A program made the translations under genes and the position numbers. The notes under the pieces are model-generated. The model made no database searches, had not been told where the DNA came from, and saw only the letters and a program-made list of their open reading frames with translations. A stretch of 57,434 nt of DNA, counting the filler, from Candidatus Zhuqueibacterota bacterium (GTDB lineage: Bacteria > BS750m-G25): the NCBI GenBank assembly GCA_016783505.1. It is 3 parts of 3 records of this genome, joined end to end, with 100 filler letters (N's around TTAATTAATTAA, not from the genome) between each part and the next. Parts side by side here need not be neighbours in the genome. Positions count along the whole stretch, not along the records: positions 19,503 to 38,619 come from JADHWK010000042.1; positions 38,720 to 57,434 come from JADHWK010000043.1; 1 more part is not named here. One strand, 5' to 3'. The stretch's first letter is position 1. Every line of letters starts with the position of its first letter. Of this stretch, positions 36,461-45,860 are shown piece by piece.

Positions 36461-36795
36461 GTCTTTTTTAAAAAAAATCCCCAAAGTATCAATGGGGGAT
36501 TTCTGGTTTCGATAACCTTTTCGGGACGGAACAACTATAATGAGCCCCGATTCGGAAAATACCGTCGGCCCGAAGGGTCTTGCCTGCCCGGTCCGTAGGA
36601 GGCTACGCTCCCCAGACGGGTCGTATGACCAGGGGGAAACGATCTTGGGAAACGACACTGAAATGATTGCTGATTGATGCTGGAACCTAGGTTTTAACAA
36701 TTAGCAACCTGCCCGCCAGGTCTTGGCAGGCGGGTTAACAATCAACAATTCAGTGGTTTTCAGTGTTGAATTTCCAGATTTGGGATAAAATAGGA

Positions 36796-37404
36796 TTACA
36801 GTTTCTTAACCCCTTGCACAAAGTACAGGTCCGGTTGATCAATCATCTTCAAGGGGTAAAAGTTAACCGACTTTAAAAGAACCTCCATCTCATCCAAGGA
36901 AGGCAAATAGTCATTTCGGATCGCTCCCCCTTTTTCTCGGTGAAACTCATTTACCCCCTGCTGACCCATTAAATGTATAATGGTAAACCTCCCCCCTGGT
37001 TTCAGGACCGACCAAACGGATCCCAGGGCTCGGAGCTTGTCCTGAACGTGGGGAAATGTGGAAAAACACACCGCCTGATCGAGGGAAGCTTCCCTGAGGG
37101 GAATCGAATGCAAATCTGCGCATACAATAAGGGAAGATACTGAAAAGGGTCGGCGCCTCAGTCGGTAAAGCATCTCAGCCGAAAAATCCAGGGCAAAAAC
37201 CCGCCCGGTCTCCCCCACCGCCTGGCTAAGCAAGGGCAGCAACCTTCCCGTTCCGCACCCAAGATCGGCCACCCAGTCGCCTTTTTTAATCCCCAGAAGG
37301 GAAACAATTTCCCGAGAGCGCTCGCAATTAAAAGGGGGTTTTTTCCATTGGTCGGCGACGGCATCGAAAAACCCACGGTGAGGATCAAATTCAACCACTT
37401 CCAT
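36796..37404 (-). CDS. Class I SAM-dependent methyltransferase (UbiE-like)
   Basis: FFDAVADQW, VADLGCGTG, LDFSAEML, FPH, VLKPGG. Confidence 0.85.
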   Translation of the reverse strand: MEVVEFDPHRGFFDAVADQWKKPPFNCERSREIVSLLGIKKGDWVADLGCGTGRLLPLLSQAVGETGRVFALDFSAEMLYRLRRRPFSVSSLIVCADLHSIPLREASLDQAVCFSTFPHVQDKLRALGSVWSVLKPGGRFTIIHLMGQQGVNEFHREKGGAIRNDYLPSLDEMEVLLKSVNFYPLKMIDQPDLYFVQGVKKL

Positions 37405-37702
37405 TAACCTAAATCCGGAAAATCAACAATAGCTGAAGGTTCGCCCTGGCAAAAAAACACCGAAAATCGGTCAGGCGCCCAACTGATCTGAAATTGAAAA
37501 ACAGCAGAGGAGCAGAGGGGCTGAGGAGCTGAGGAGAGAAAAAAATATCTATTTCTTTTTCCCCTTTGCTCCTCCCTGGGAGCGTAGCCTCCCTGGCCGT
37601 GCCTATGGGCAAGGCGGGCAGGCTTCGCCCCTGCACCCCTGCTCTTTCATTCTGATACCTTCTTATTCATTGTCAACTTCATATAAACTAAACCGATACT
37701 TT

Positions 37703-38619
37703 TTAAAAACTGAAACTAACCCCCCCGGTCACCGCCCGTCCAGGCATGGTATAGACCCCGGCGGAACCGCCGGGAAGATCGACATAAATTGCATAGTCCC
37801 TGTTAAGGAAGTTATCAACCGCAAGGAAGACTCGAAAACCGGGGACGATCTTGTAGTTCAGCTTGGCGTTGATCACAAGGTAATCGGAAATTGGTTCTCC
37901 CCAATTGTCCTCAGCGAAATAGTCGGCGACATATTGAGCGGTGAGGGAAAGGGCAAGCTTTCTCCGTGCATACCTAAGGGCAAAGTCAACCTTATCCCCT
38001 GGTCGTCCCCTGGTCTTCTCGCCAGGATCAAGGTAGGTGTAGTAAATCCGAACCGAAAGCCCCGCCCCGATCTGAGCCTTGAGACCCGCCTCTATCCCCC
38101 TAAAGTCAAATTCCCCGGTATTTCGGAACTTGTACATCGGCGGAGGATTGGGATTTGTCTCTTTCTGGATGAGATCTTCACCCTTGATCAAGTAGCCAAC
38201 GATGTCAATATCCACACCAGCCAAAATCCGCTGGTTAAGTCCTACCTCATAGTTCCAGACCTTCTCTGGTTTAAGATCGGTATTGGATGGTGGGAACAAA
38301 TACAACTCGTTGATCTGGGGAGAACGAAATCCCTTGTTCACCGCTCCCCGAAGGATAGTTCCCCCCCTTGGATGGAAAACCAACCCGGCTTGAGGACAGA
38401 ACTCGCTGCCGGCAATCTCATCCTGGTTGTATCTTGCGCCGAAGGTAAATATCAGCTTTCTGAGAAGGATCTGCTCATCATGGAAGAAGACCGCATATTC
38501 GGCCTTGTCCCATTCGCCTGGGGAGTTGCCCATTCTCTCTCCACCTTGTTCTCTGAATTCTGCCCCCACGGTAAGTTCGTTGCTAGCGAAAAGTTTTCCT
38601 GAGCCATGAAGCACGGCAC
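37703..38619 (-). CDS. TonB-dependent receptor, C-terminal part (truncated by gap)
   Basis: GFRSPQINELY, DLKPEKVWNYEVG, VDNFLNRDY, MPGR, terminal VSFSF. Confidence 0.88.
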
Positions 38620-38719
38620 NNNNNNNNNNNNNNNNNNNNNNNNNNNNNNNNNNNNNNNNNNNNTTAATTAATTAANNNNNNNNNNNNNNNNNNNNNNNNN
38701 NNNNNNNNNNNNNNNNNNN
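38620..38719. other. Assembly gap / contig spacer
   Basis: N runs around TTAATTAATTAA. Confidence 0.97.
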
Positions 38720-38853
38720 GAACTAGCAGAAACTGTGGAACACTGAAAAACACCGAAAAAATTTAAATAAGGACGCAGGCAATTTATTTTATTATGTTTT
38801 TATTCGGTGATTCTTAACTATTCATTGCTTTCAGAATCTGGGATAAAGCAACC

Positions 38854-39921
38854 ATGATTCTTACCCTAATTGCTTTTATTATCGTCATTGGCGTTATCGT
38901 ATTCGTTCACGAGTTCGGCCATTTTATAGCCGCCAAATTAGTGGGTATCCGGGTGGAGCGCTTTTCCCTGGGTTTCCCCCCAAAAGTGGTAAGTAAACGG
39001 ATCGGGGATACGGAATATTGCATCTCCTGGATTCCATTGGGTGGATACGTCAAGATGGCGGGGATGGTGGACGAAAGCCTGGACGGGACGGGGATCACCG
39101 GTGCCCCCTGGGAGTTTGAATCCAAGAATACCTGGCAAAAGGCATTCGTCCTCTTTTCCGGGGTGCTGATGAACTTTCTGCTGGCCGTCTTTTTATACGG
39201 CTTCATTACCCTGGTGGTAGGCATCGGCGAAATTCGTACCACTGAGGTAAACCGGGTGAGTGAAGGCTTTCCAGCCGCCCAGGCGGGTATCCAGCCCGGG
39301 GATGTAATCCTGGCGGTGGACGGTTCAACCGTGCAAAAATGGGAACAGATGTCCAAAATCATCCATAATAAGCCGGAAGAGACCGTAGTAGTCAGATGGC
39401 AGCGAGACGGTGTGATATTTGAAGTCCCCATTCAGACCAGGGCTGAGTGGGTGCTGGACCGAACTAAGATGAAGCCCATCGGATTGATAGGCATCGAACC
39501 GGTCATCCACTACCGCCGGGCGGGCCTGTTTGAGGCTTTAGGAAGGGGGACCCTGACCACCGCAGGCATCGTCGGTCTTGGGGTTGTATCGGTGAAGATG
39601 TTGATTACGGGGGAAGCCTCCCTTAAGGATCTGGTGGGTCCCATAGGAATTGCCAGGCTCTCCGGCGAAAGCGTCCGCATGGGGATTCTCCCCTTCTTGG
39701 GTTTTATCGCCTTCATCAGCGTTTCTATTGGATTTTTGAATATTTTGCCCCTCCCGGTTCTGGATGGGGGCCATCTACTTACCATCTTCATCGAGGGCAT
39801 CCGGGGCCGGCGCATCTCGACCAAGGTCAAAATGGCGGTTCAACAGGTAGGTCTTCTGTTGCTGTTAATCCTGATGGGGGTCATCGTCTACAACGACATC
39901 TTAAGATGGCTCGGGAAATGA
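38854..39921 (+). CDS. rseP: RIP metalloprotease RseP (M50 plus PDZ)
   Basis: HEFGH, FSLGF, IPLGGYVKM, PDZ PAAQAGIQPGD, NILPLPVLDGGH. Confidence 0.95.
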   Translation: MILTLIAFIIVIGVIVFVHEFGHFIAAKLVGIRVERFSLGFPPKVVSKRIGDTEYCISWIPLGGYVKMAGMVDESLDGTGITGAPWEFESKNTWQKAFVLFSGVLMNFLLAVFLYGFITLVVGIGEIRTTEVNRVSEGFPAAQAGIQPGDVILAVDGSTVQKWEQMSKIIHNKPEETVVVRWQRDGVIFEVPIQTRAEWVLDRTKMKPIGLIGIEPVIHYRRAGLFEALGRGTLTTAGIVGLGVVSVKMLITGEASLKDLVGPIGIARLSGESVRMGILPFLGFIAFISVSIGFLNILPLPVLDGGHLLTIFIEGIRGRRISTKVKMAVQQVGLLLLLILMGVIVYNDILRWLGK

Positions 39922-39994
39922 TGGAATAATGGATAAATGGCCAGCGAAACAGACTTACAAACTTTAAAAATCGTGAACACACAACGTTTCTGGA

Positions 39995-40159
39995 TAAGTA
40001 TATCAGGTTATCAGGGTACCTGCCCGCAAAATCTTGGCAGGCGGGTCAGTGGGAAGAATATCGGTCAGTCGCCCGACTGATCAGAAGACCAGAAGAACAG
40101 GATAAAATAATCGAGTTAAATATTGCACGTAGAAAATAATCTGGTGTTCTGATACCCTG
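39995..40159 (+). repeat. Intergenic repeat, copy 1 (with internal insertions)
   Basis: TAAGTATATCAG...GATCAGAAGACCAGAAGAACAG...GAGTTAAA...AGAAAATAATCTGGT.TTCTGATA matches 42847-42941. Confidence 0.8.
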
Positions 40160-40382
40160 ATCTCCTTCCTACTGATTTGCTGATTTACTTTAACATCTCG
40201 GAATTTCTAAGAACTCATTGAAAATATGGTGTTATTTAAATATTACTGGAATATTGGAATGCTGGAAGGTTGGAAGATTGTACCCTAGCTTGGCAGGCAA
40301 GACCTGCAAGAAAAGGTTGAGTTTACCCATTCTTCCATTCATCCATCATTCCAGTTGCCCCGCAGGGGCTAAGTTCAATTAT

Positions 40383-41840
40383 ATGAATCTTGTCACTATG
40401 AATTTTGGGAAAAGTAAAATATTAATTGTCAATTCATTTCTCATAGTCTTTCTGTGGTTTTCGGGTTGTTCCCATCGAGTGGGTATCCTGAAAAAAGACT
40501 TAGGGGAGAAGCCCCGTTTTCATCACCCTAAGGCGCTGGAGCACTTCATCCAGGGGAACATTTACGAGCTGCAGGATGAGTTCCACCGGGCCATCGTCGA
40601 GTATCAGGAAGCCCTCCAGTATGAAAACCGGTCCCCCGACATCTACTTCTGTCTGGGGCGGGATTTCTACTATCTGGGTAAGTTCGATTCTGCCATTATG
40701 CAGTTAAATAGGTGTCTGGGGATTGACCCTGATTTTGTCGAGGCCCATCACCTTTTAGCGGGGATCTATGGGGCCCTGGATAGGTGGGACCTGGCGGAGG
40801 GTCATTATCAAAAGGAAATCATCCTCGATAAAAACGCTACCGATGCCTTCTACCGGCTGGCCCAGATATATCTAAAAAAGGACGAGCCCTTGCAGGCGGT
40901 GAAAGTCTACCGGAGTCTAATGGAGGTCAGCGGCCCCGATCTAGAACTTTTGGGGAGGATTGCCAGCCTGTATGTAGCCCAACGGGATTACGACCGGGCT
41001 CTCCAGGTTTACCGACAGATTCTCGGGATGGTCCCTGGGGAAGTCCAGGTTCTGAAGGCGATGGGGGCTATCTACGCCACCCAAAACCAATTGGATCAAG
41101 CAATAGATGCTTATCGAGAGGCGGTGGGGACGGGGAAGGCCGATGCCCAGACCTGGCTTAATCTGGCCTACCTGCTGAACCGGGAAGGTGATTATTCGGA
41201 TGCGGTGACCGTATTGGAAGATGCCATCATTTTTTTTCCAGACGATGCCCAATTGTATGACCTCAAGGGACATTCCCTGGAGCGGATGAAGAAATATTAT
41301 GAAGCATTAGAAGCGTTGAAGCACGCCTTTTCGTTGGATTCTACCAGTGTTTCACCCCTGATTACCATAGGTTATATTTATGATGAGTTAAATCAGTTCG
41401 AGCAATCGGTGGCGGTCTACGAGAGGGCGTTAGCGATTCAACCCGATGAACCCACAATTCTTAATAACTACAGCTACATTTTGGCGGAGGAGGGGACGAG
41501 ACTTGACGCAGCACTGATTATGTCCCGAAAGGCGGTAACCAAACATCCCCGGAACGCCTCTTACCTGGACACCATCGGGTGGATTTTTTTTAAGCTGGGG
41601 GACTACCAAAAAGCGAGGGATTATATCCAAAAAGCGGTGGCCATCGAAACGGAAAATGCCATTATATATGACCACTTGGGGGATGTTTTTCAAGCCCTGA
41701 AAGATAAGGAAAAGGCCCGTCTGCACTGGAAAAGAGCCCTGGAATTGGATCAGGACAATGAGAAGATAAGGGAAAAGCTGGCCCCGTACGGTGGGGAGCA
41801 GGCGGGCGACCTGCCCGACCAGGGAGAGCCAGAGGAATAG
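40383..41840 (+). CDS. Tetratricopeptide-repeat lipoprotein
   Basis: Lipobox-like FLWFSGC, many TPRs, ILNNYSYILAE, NASYLDTIGW, IYDHLGD; the ORF-track extension from 40218 runs through repeats. Confidence 0.85.
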   Translation: MNLVTMNFGKSKILIVNSFLIVFLWFSGCSHRVGILKKDLGEKPRFHHPKALEHFIQGNIYELQDEFHRAIVEYQEALQYENRSPDIYFCLGRDFYYLGKFDSAIMQLNRCLGIDPDFVEAHHLLAGIYGALDRWDLAEGHYQKEIILDKNATDAFYRLAQIYLKKDEPLQAVKVYRSLMEVSGPDLELLGRIASLYVAQRDYDRALQVYRQILGMVPGEVQVLKAMGAIYATQNQLDQAIDAYREAVGTGKADAQTWLNLAYLLNREGDYSDAVTVLEDAIIFFPDDAQLYDLKGHSLERMKKYYEALEALKHAFSLDSTSVSPLITIGYIYDELNQFEQSVAVYERALAIQPDEPTILNNYSYILAEEGTRLDAALIMSRKAVTKHPRNASYLDTIGWIFFKLGDYQKARDYIQKAVAIETENAIIYDHLGDVFQALKDKEKARLHWKRALELDQDNEKIREKLAPYGGEQAGDLPDQGEPEE

Positions 41841-41870
41841 GAAAGTCCACTTTAATGGACTGATATTAGT

Positions 41871-42728
41871 GTGTTTCAACATGGTGAAATGGTGACAAAA
41901 TCTTTTCCCTGGATTCGATTTGCACTGATTGGGGTGCTTTTATCCGCCATGGGATGCGGTTATCTGGTTAAAAAAAGGATCCCCCGGGTTGATTATTATA
42001 CACCGGAAATGGTGGTTCAAAGGGTGAATGAAAACCAAAAGGGGTTGAAGAATTTTATCGGGTCGGCAGAAGTTAAGATAGATTCCCCTGGGGGGACCCA
42101 GAGAATATCAGCCCGACTGGCCTACATAGCTGGGGACTCATTATTTCTGGACATTCACGGTCCCTTCGGGATGACCGTGGGCCGGGCCATGATCGAAGGG
42201 ACCCGGTTTAGTTTTTACAGCCCCTTTACCAATCAGTGCTTTTACGGTGACATAGACGACCTTGATGAGGCGGGTTATTGGGGAGGGTTCGATCCGGCGG
42301 GGCTAGCAAAATCCATCGGGGGAACTGAAGATGTGCTCCCCCAGGATTTAGCCCATCTGGAGGGGTTCCAGCAGGATGAAGCTACCTTTACCCTAACCTT
42401 CTTGAATGGGGGAGAAAAGAGGGTGGTGGTGGATAAGTCCTGGATGACGGTAAAGAGGGTGGAATATTTTAACCCTGCGGGTCAATTAACCCTGGTAAAG
42501 CTATACGGAGATTTTGGCCTGCACGGTGGGACCGTTTTCCCGGGCAGAATTATTCTGAGCTATCCCCCCCAGGAGACCACCCTCACCCTCAATTTTTCCG
42601 AATTAGATTTAAATGTCAGAAGTCCCCAGAAGGCCTTTCAGATGGGGATCCCGGCGGATGCGGAATGGGTGAACGTCTCCGGTATTGAGTCTGAGAACTT
42701 GAACCCGGATTCGGAAAACACAGAATAA
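41871..42728 (+). CDS. DUF4292-like lipoprotein (LolA/LolB-like fold)
   Basis: Lipobox LSAMGC, GDSLFLDIHGPFG, FPGRI; typical position after a TPR gene. Confidence 0.65.
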   Translation: MFQHGEMVTKSFPWIRFALIGVLLSAMGCGYLVKKRIPRVDYYTPEMVVQRVNENQKGLKNFIGSAEVKIDSPGGTQRISARLAYIAGDSLFLDIHGPFGMTVGRAMIEGTRFSFYSPFTNQCFYGDIDDLDEAGYWGGFDPAGLAKSIGGTEDVLPQDLAHLEGFQQDEATFTLTFLNGGEKRVVVDKSWMTVKRVEYFNPAGQLTLVKLYGDFGLHGGTVFPGRIILSYPPQETTLTLNFSELDLNVRSPQKAFQMGIPADAEWVNVSGIESENLNPDSENTE

Positions 42729-42846
42729 CACTGAAATTACCAAAAAAACAACTTAGCGCAGCGGAGACGCAAACGCATATTTTAAAATTTAACACCGAAC
42801 AACACTGAGAAAACATTTTAAATCAAAAATTTTAAATGCCTTGCAC

Positions 42847-42941
42847 TAAGTATATCAGTTGATCAGAAGACCAGAAGAACAGAACGAGATAAACGAGTTA
42901 AACATCGCTCGAAGAAAATAATCTGGTATTCTGATATCCTG
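42847..42941 (+). repeat. Intergenic repeat, copy 2
   Basis: Colinear with 39995-40159 except for the insertions in that copy. Confidence 0.8.
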
Positions 42942-43129
42942 GTCAGTCCGGCGCCTTACGGATATTCTGATATACTTTTATTCCATTATTCCCTACGGGC
43001 TGTAGGCCAGTTGCCCCGAACCTTTCGGCCCCAAAGGTCTTGGGAAACGATCTTGGGATGGGGCTTAGTTCATGTTAGACTGGCTGAAAAACCAGCCTTG
43101 AGATTCCAATAATTTGAAGGGGAGGTACG

Positions 43130-44080
43130 TTGTACAAAGGCAAGACCATCTGCGTTGTGGTACCGGCTTATAATGAAGAGAAACTGATCGGCCGGGTCAT
43201 TGAAACTATGCCCGATTTTGTGGACAAAATTGTTATCGTTGATGATGTAAGCAAGGATAATACAGTTAAAGTGGTTAAAAGATATGAAAATCCCTTGGAA
43301 GGGCGACTGATTTTGATTGAGCATGAGAAGAATAAGGGGGTTGGCGGGGCAATAGCTACTGGCTATAAGTGGGCACGGGATAACAGAATAGATGTCTCAG
43401 TAGTCATGGCTGGAGATGCTCAAATGAATCCCGCTGATTTGCCAAATTTCCTCGATCCTGTGGTAGGTAATGAGGTGGATTATACCAAGGGCAATCGGCT
43501 GTTTACCGGTGATGCCTTTAGGGTTATCCCAAAATCCCGTTACTTTGGCAATTCGGCTTTGTCACTTCTGACCAAAATTGCCTCTGGATACTGGCACATT
43601 GCCGATTCGCAGTCGGGTTACACCGCGACTTCACTGAAGGTTCTTCAGTCGTTAGATCTTGACAGAATTTATAAAAGGTTTGGTATGCCAAACGACATAC
43701 TGGTTAAATTGAACATTTACAACTTTCGGGTGAGGGATATACCTACTACGCCTGTTTATAATATCGGTGAGAAGTCGGGAATTAAAATTTGGAAGGTCAT
43801 TTTCTCAATCAGTTTTTTATTGGTGAAGCGCTTTTTCTGGAGGATGAAGGAGAAATACGTGATCAGGGATTTTCATCCCTTGGTTTTCTTCTACGGATTG
43901 GCCTTTATGCTTTTGACACTAAGCCTTCCTCTTTTGGGGAGGCTTATATATGTTTGGATAACGACTGGTAACATTCCAAAAGTTAATGCATTGGCTTTGA
44001 TGTTCGCTTTGATAGCAGGGCTGCAATCCCTGTTCTTCGCCATGTGGTTTGACATGGAATACAACAAGGACTTGAAATAA
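43130..44080 (+). CDS. GT2 glycosyltransferase (polyprenol-phosphate sugar synthase-like)
   Basis: VVPAYNEE, VDDVSKD, NKGVGGA, AGDAQM, KGNR, DSQSGY; two C-terminal TM helices. Confidence 0.9.
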   Translation: MYKGKTICVVVPAYNEEKLIGRVIETMPDFVDKIVIVDDVSKDNTVKVVKRYENPLEGRLILIEHEKNKGVGGAIATGYKWARDNRIDVSVVMAGDAQMNPADLPNFLDPVVGNEVDYTKGNRLFTGDAFRVIPKSRYFGNSALSLLTKIASGYWHIADSQSGYTATSLKVLQSLDLDRIYKRFGMPNDILVKLNIYNFRVRDIPTTPVYNIGEKSGIKIWKVIFSISFLLVKRFFWRMKEKYVIRDFHPLVFFYGLAFMLLTLSLPLLGRLIYVWITTGNIPKVNALALMFALIAGLQSLFFAMWFDMEYNKDLK

Positions 44081-44097
44081 AAATTAGCGAGAGGTAA

Positions 44098-45228
44098 ATG
44101 AGAGTTTGCTACTTTGGGGCATATGAAGAAGAAAAAGATCCGCGCAATACAGTCATAATTAAAGGTTTGAGAAAGAACGGTATAGAAGTAAAGGAATGTA
44201 ATATTCCTATTTGGAGTGAAATAAGGAGTGGTTATAAAAGCAAGCCTGGGATGCTGGAAATCATCAAATTTTTCCCAAAACTCCTATTAACCTATCTTAA
44301 ACTTATCAAGAAATATATTCCGATTGGTGATTATGATGTTATGATTGTGGGCTTTCCAGGGCATTTTGATATGCCTTTGGCAAGACTACTTACAAAAATT
44401 TCAGGAAGACCACTGGTCTTTGATGCTTTTACTTCGCTATATGGAACTTTTGTTGCTGATAGAAAATTTGTTGAAAGAGGTTCTTGGAAAGCTAAGTTAC
44501 TTCATACTGTGGACAAATGGTCTTGCAGACTTGCAGATATGATTTTGGTAGATACTGATCAGCACATAGATTACTTTAATAATATGTTCAAAATTGGTAA
44601 AAGAAAACTTCGAAGGATCTTTGTTGGAGCAGATGAGGATATATTCTATCCGCGGGTGAACAGAAAGAATAATAATTTTTTAGTTTTGTTTTACGGGACT
44701 TTCATTCCATTACATGGAATAGAATATATAATTAAGGCAGCAAAACAGTTAGAAAAATATAAAGACATCAAATTTCAGATTATTGGTTCTGGTCAGACTT
44801 CATGGTATATTGAACAGTTGTCCGAAGAGTTGAGAGTGAACAATGTTTTGTTTATCGAAGAATGGGTACCTTATAAGACCATGCCAGAATACATTGCAAG
44901 AGCAGACATCTGTTTGGGAATTTTTGGAAATACAAAAAAAGCTAAAATGGTTATACCAACTAAAGTGTTTCAAGCCTTAGCAATGAAGAAACCTATAATA
45001 ACAGGGGATTCACCTGCAGCGAGAGAAGTATTAACTGATAGAGAAAATGCTGTATTATGTACGATGGCAGATGCTGAGGCTTTAGCGGAATCGACATTAT
45101 TATTAAAACAAAATAAAAAGTTAAGAGAAAAGATAGCCGAAAATAGCTATAAGTTATTTAAGGAGAAATTTTCTTTAAAAGTGATAGGTATTGAAGTTAG
45201 AAGAATTTTGCAAGAATTAACCAATTGA
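44098..45228 (+). CDS. GT4 glycosyltransferase
   Basis: FYGTFIPLHG, ADICLGIFG, IPTKVFQALAMKKPIIT. Confidence 0.9.
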   Translation: MRVCYFGAYEEEKDPRNTVIIKGLRKNGIEVKECNIPIWSEIRSGYKSKPGMLEIIKFFPKLLLTYLKLIKKYIPIGDYDVMIVGFPGHFDMPLARLLTKISGRPLVFDAFTSLYGTFVADRKFVERGSWKAKLLHTVDKWSCRLADMILVDTDQHIDYFNNMFKIGKRKLRRIFVGADEDIFYPRVNRKNNNFLVLFYGTFIPLHGIEYIIKAAKQLEKYKDIKFQIIGSGQTSWYIEQLSEELRVNNVLFIEEWVPYKTMPEYIARADICLGIFGNTKKAKMVIPTKVFQALAMKKPIITGDSPAAREVLTDRENAVLCTMADAEALAESTLLLKQNKKLREKIAENSYKLFKEKFSLKVIGIEVRRILQELTN

Positions 45229-45427
45229 GAAGAACATCCATGACTTTTATACCGATGCCCAGATATTTATTCTGAAAAGTGGGGTAGTGGCGGTTATCTC
45301 TGATTTTAAGAGACTGATGGTAACTGGAGATAAAACGTGCAAGTTCAGTTTAAAGAAGGTTGACAAGGGCCATTTGGGTGGACTGAAGGAGTTATTTAAA
45401 GTCATGAAAGAAGGCAAACCACTGTAG
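45227..45427 (+). pseudogene. Remnant resembling the C-terminal part of a Gfo/Idh/MocA (bi-domain) oxidoreductase
   Basis: Start-less frame ...GVVAVISDFKRLMV...KKVDKGHLGGLKELFKVMKEGKPL*. Confidence 0.4.
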
Positions 45428-45498
45428 ATAGCCAATACTAATTTGTAGGATTTATCATTTAGTTACTTCATATAAACAATCACTTAGGAACAAAGAAT

Positions 45499-45700
45499 AT
45501 GAAAAAGAAAAACGTCCTCGAAGAAGAAGGAATCCAAGCATATTGGCTCAAAGGGTATTAAGCATTGTCAAAGCAATGTTCCACCTAGGTCGGCAGTCAA
45601 GCTGGGTCAGATGGTGTGGTTGGCTGTCGATGCCAACGATATGCCAGGCAGGAGCAAGAGCATCGCCCATACGTATTCGTTTAGAGACATTGAACTTTGC
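45499..45700 (+). pseudogene. Frameshifted DUF1670-like remnant
   Basis: ILAQRVLSIVKAMF, then frameshift, then PPRSAVKLGQMVWLAVDANDMPGRSK resembles the GQ..W.AV motif of DUF1670. Confidence 0.35.
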
Positions 45701-45860
45701 TGTTCACCTGCTAATCAAAGACCTTTCCTGAAAGTCGGAATTATCCTGATGGGTCTGGCCAAGTATTTCGGCCATAGGATAGGTTGTCTGTGACTCAAAT
45801 CCAGATAACGACTGATTCCTGACACGATGGATAGATAGGCATGGAGAGAGAAAAAATAAA

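Noticed and set aside
36419-36700. 93-aa ORF, and similar ORFs at 3156-3413, 14976-15176 and 37409-37636
   Set aside because: Made of palindromic and tandem repeats; likely chance frames
37670-38602. 310-aa plus-strand ORF and other long antisense ORFs (e.g. 12793-13479, 29930-30652, 52922-53584, 53833-54453)
   Set aside because: Shadows of well-supported genes on the opposite strand, with no motifs
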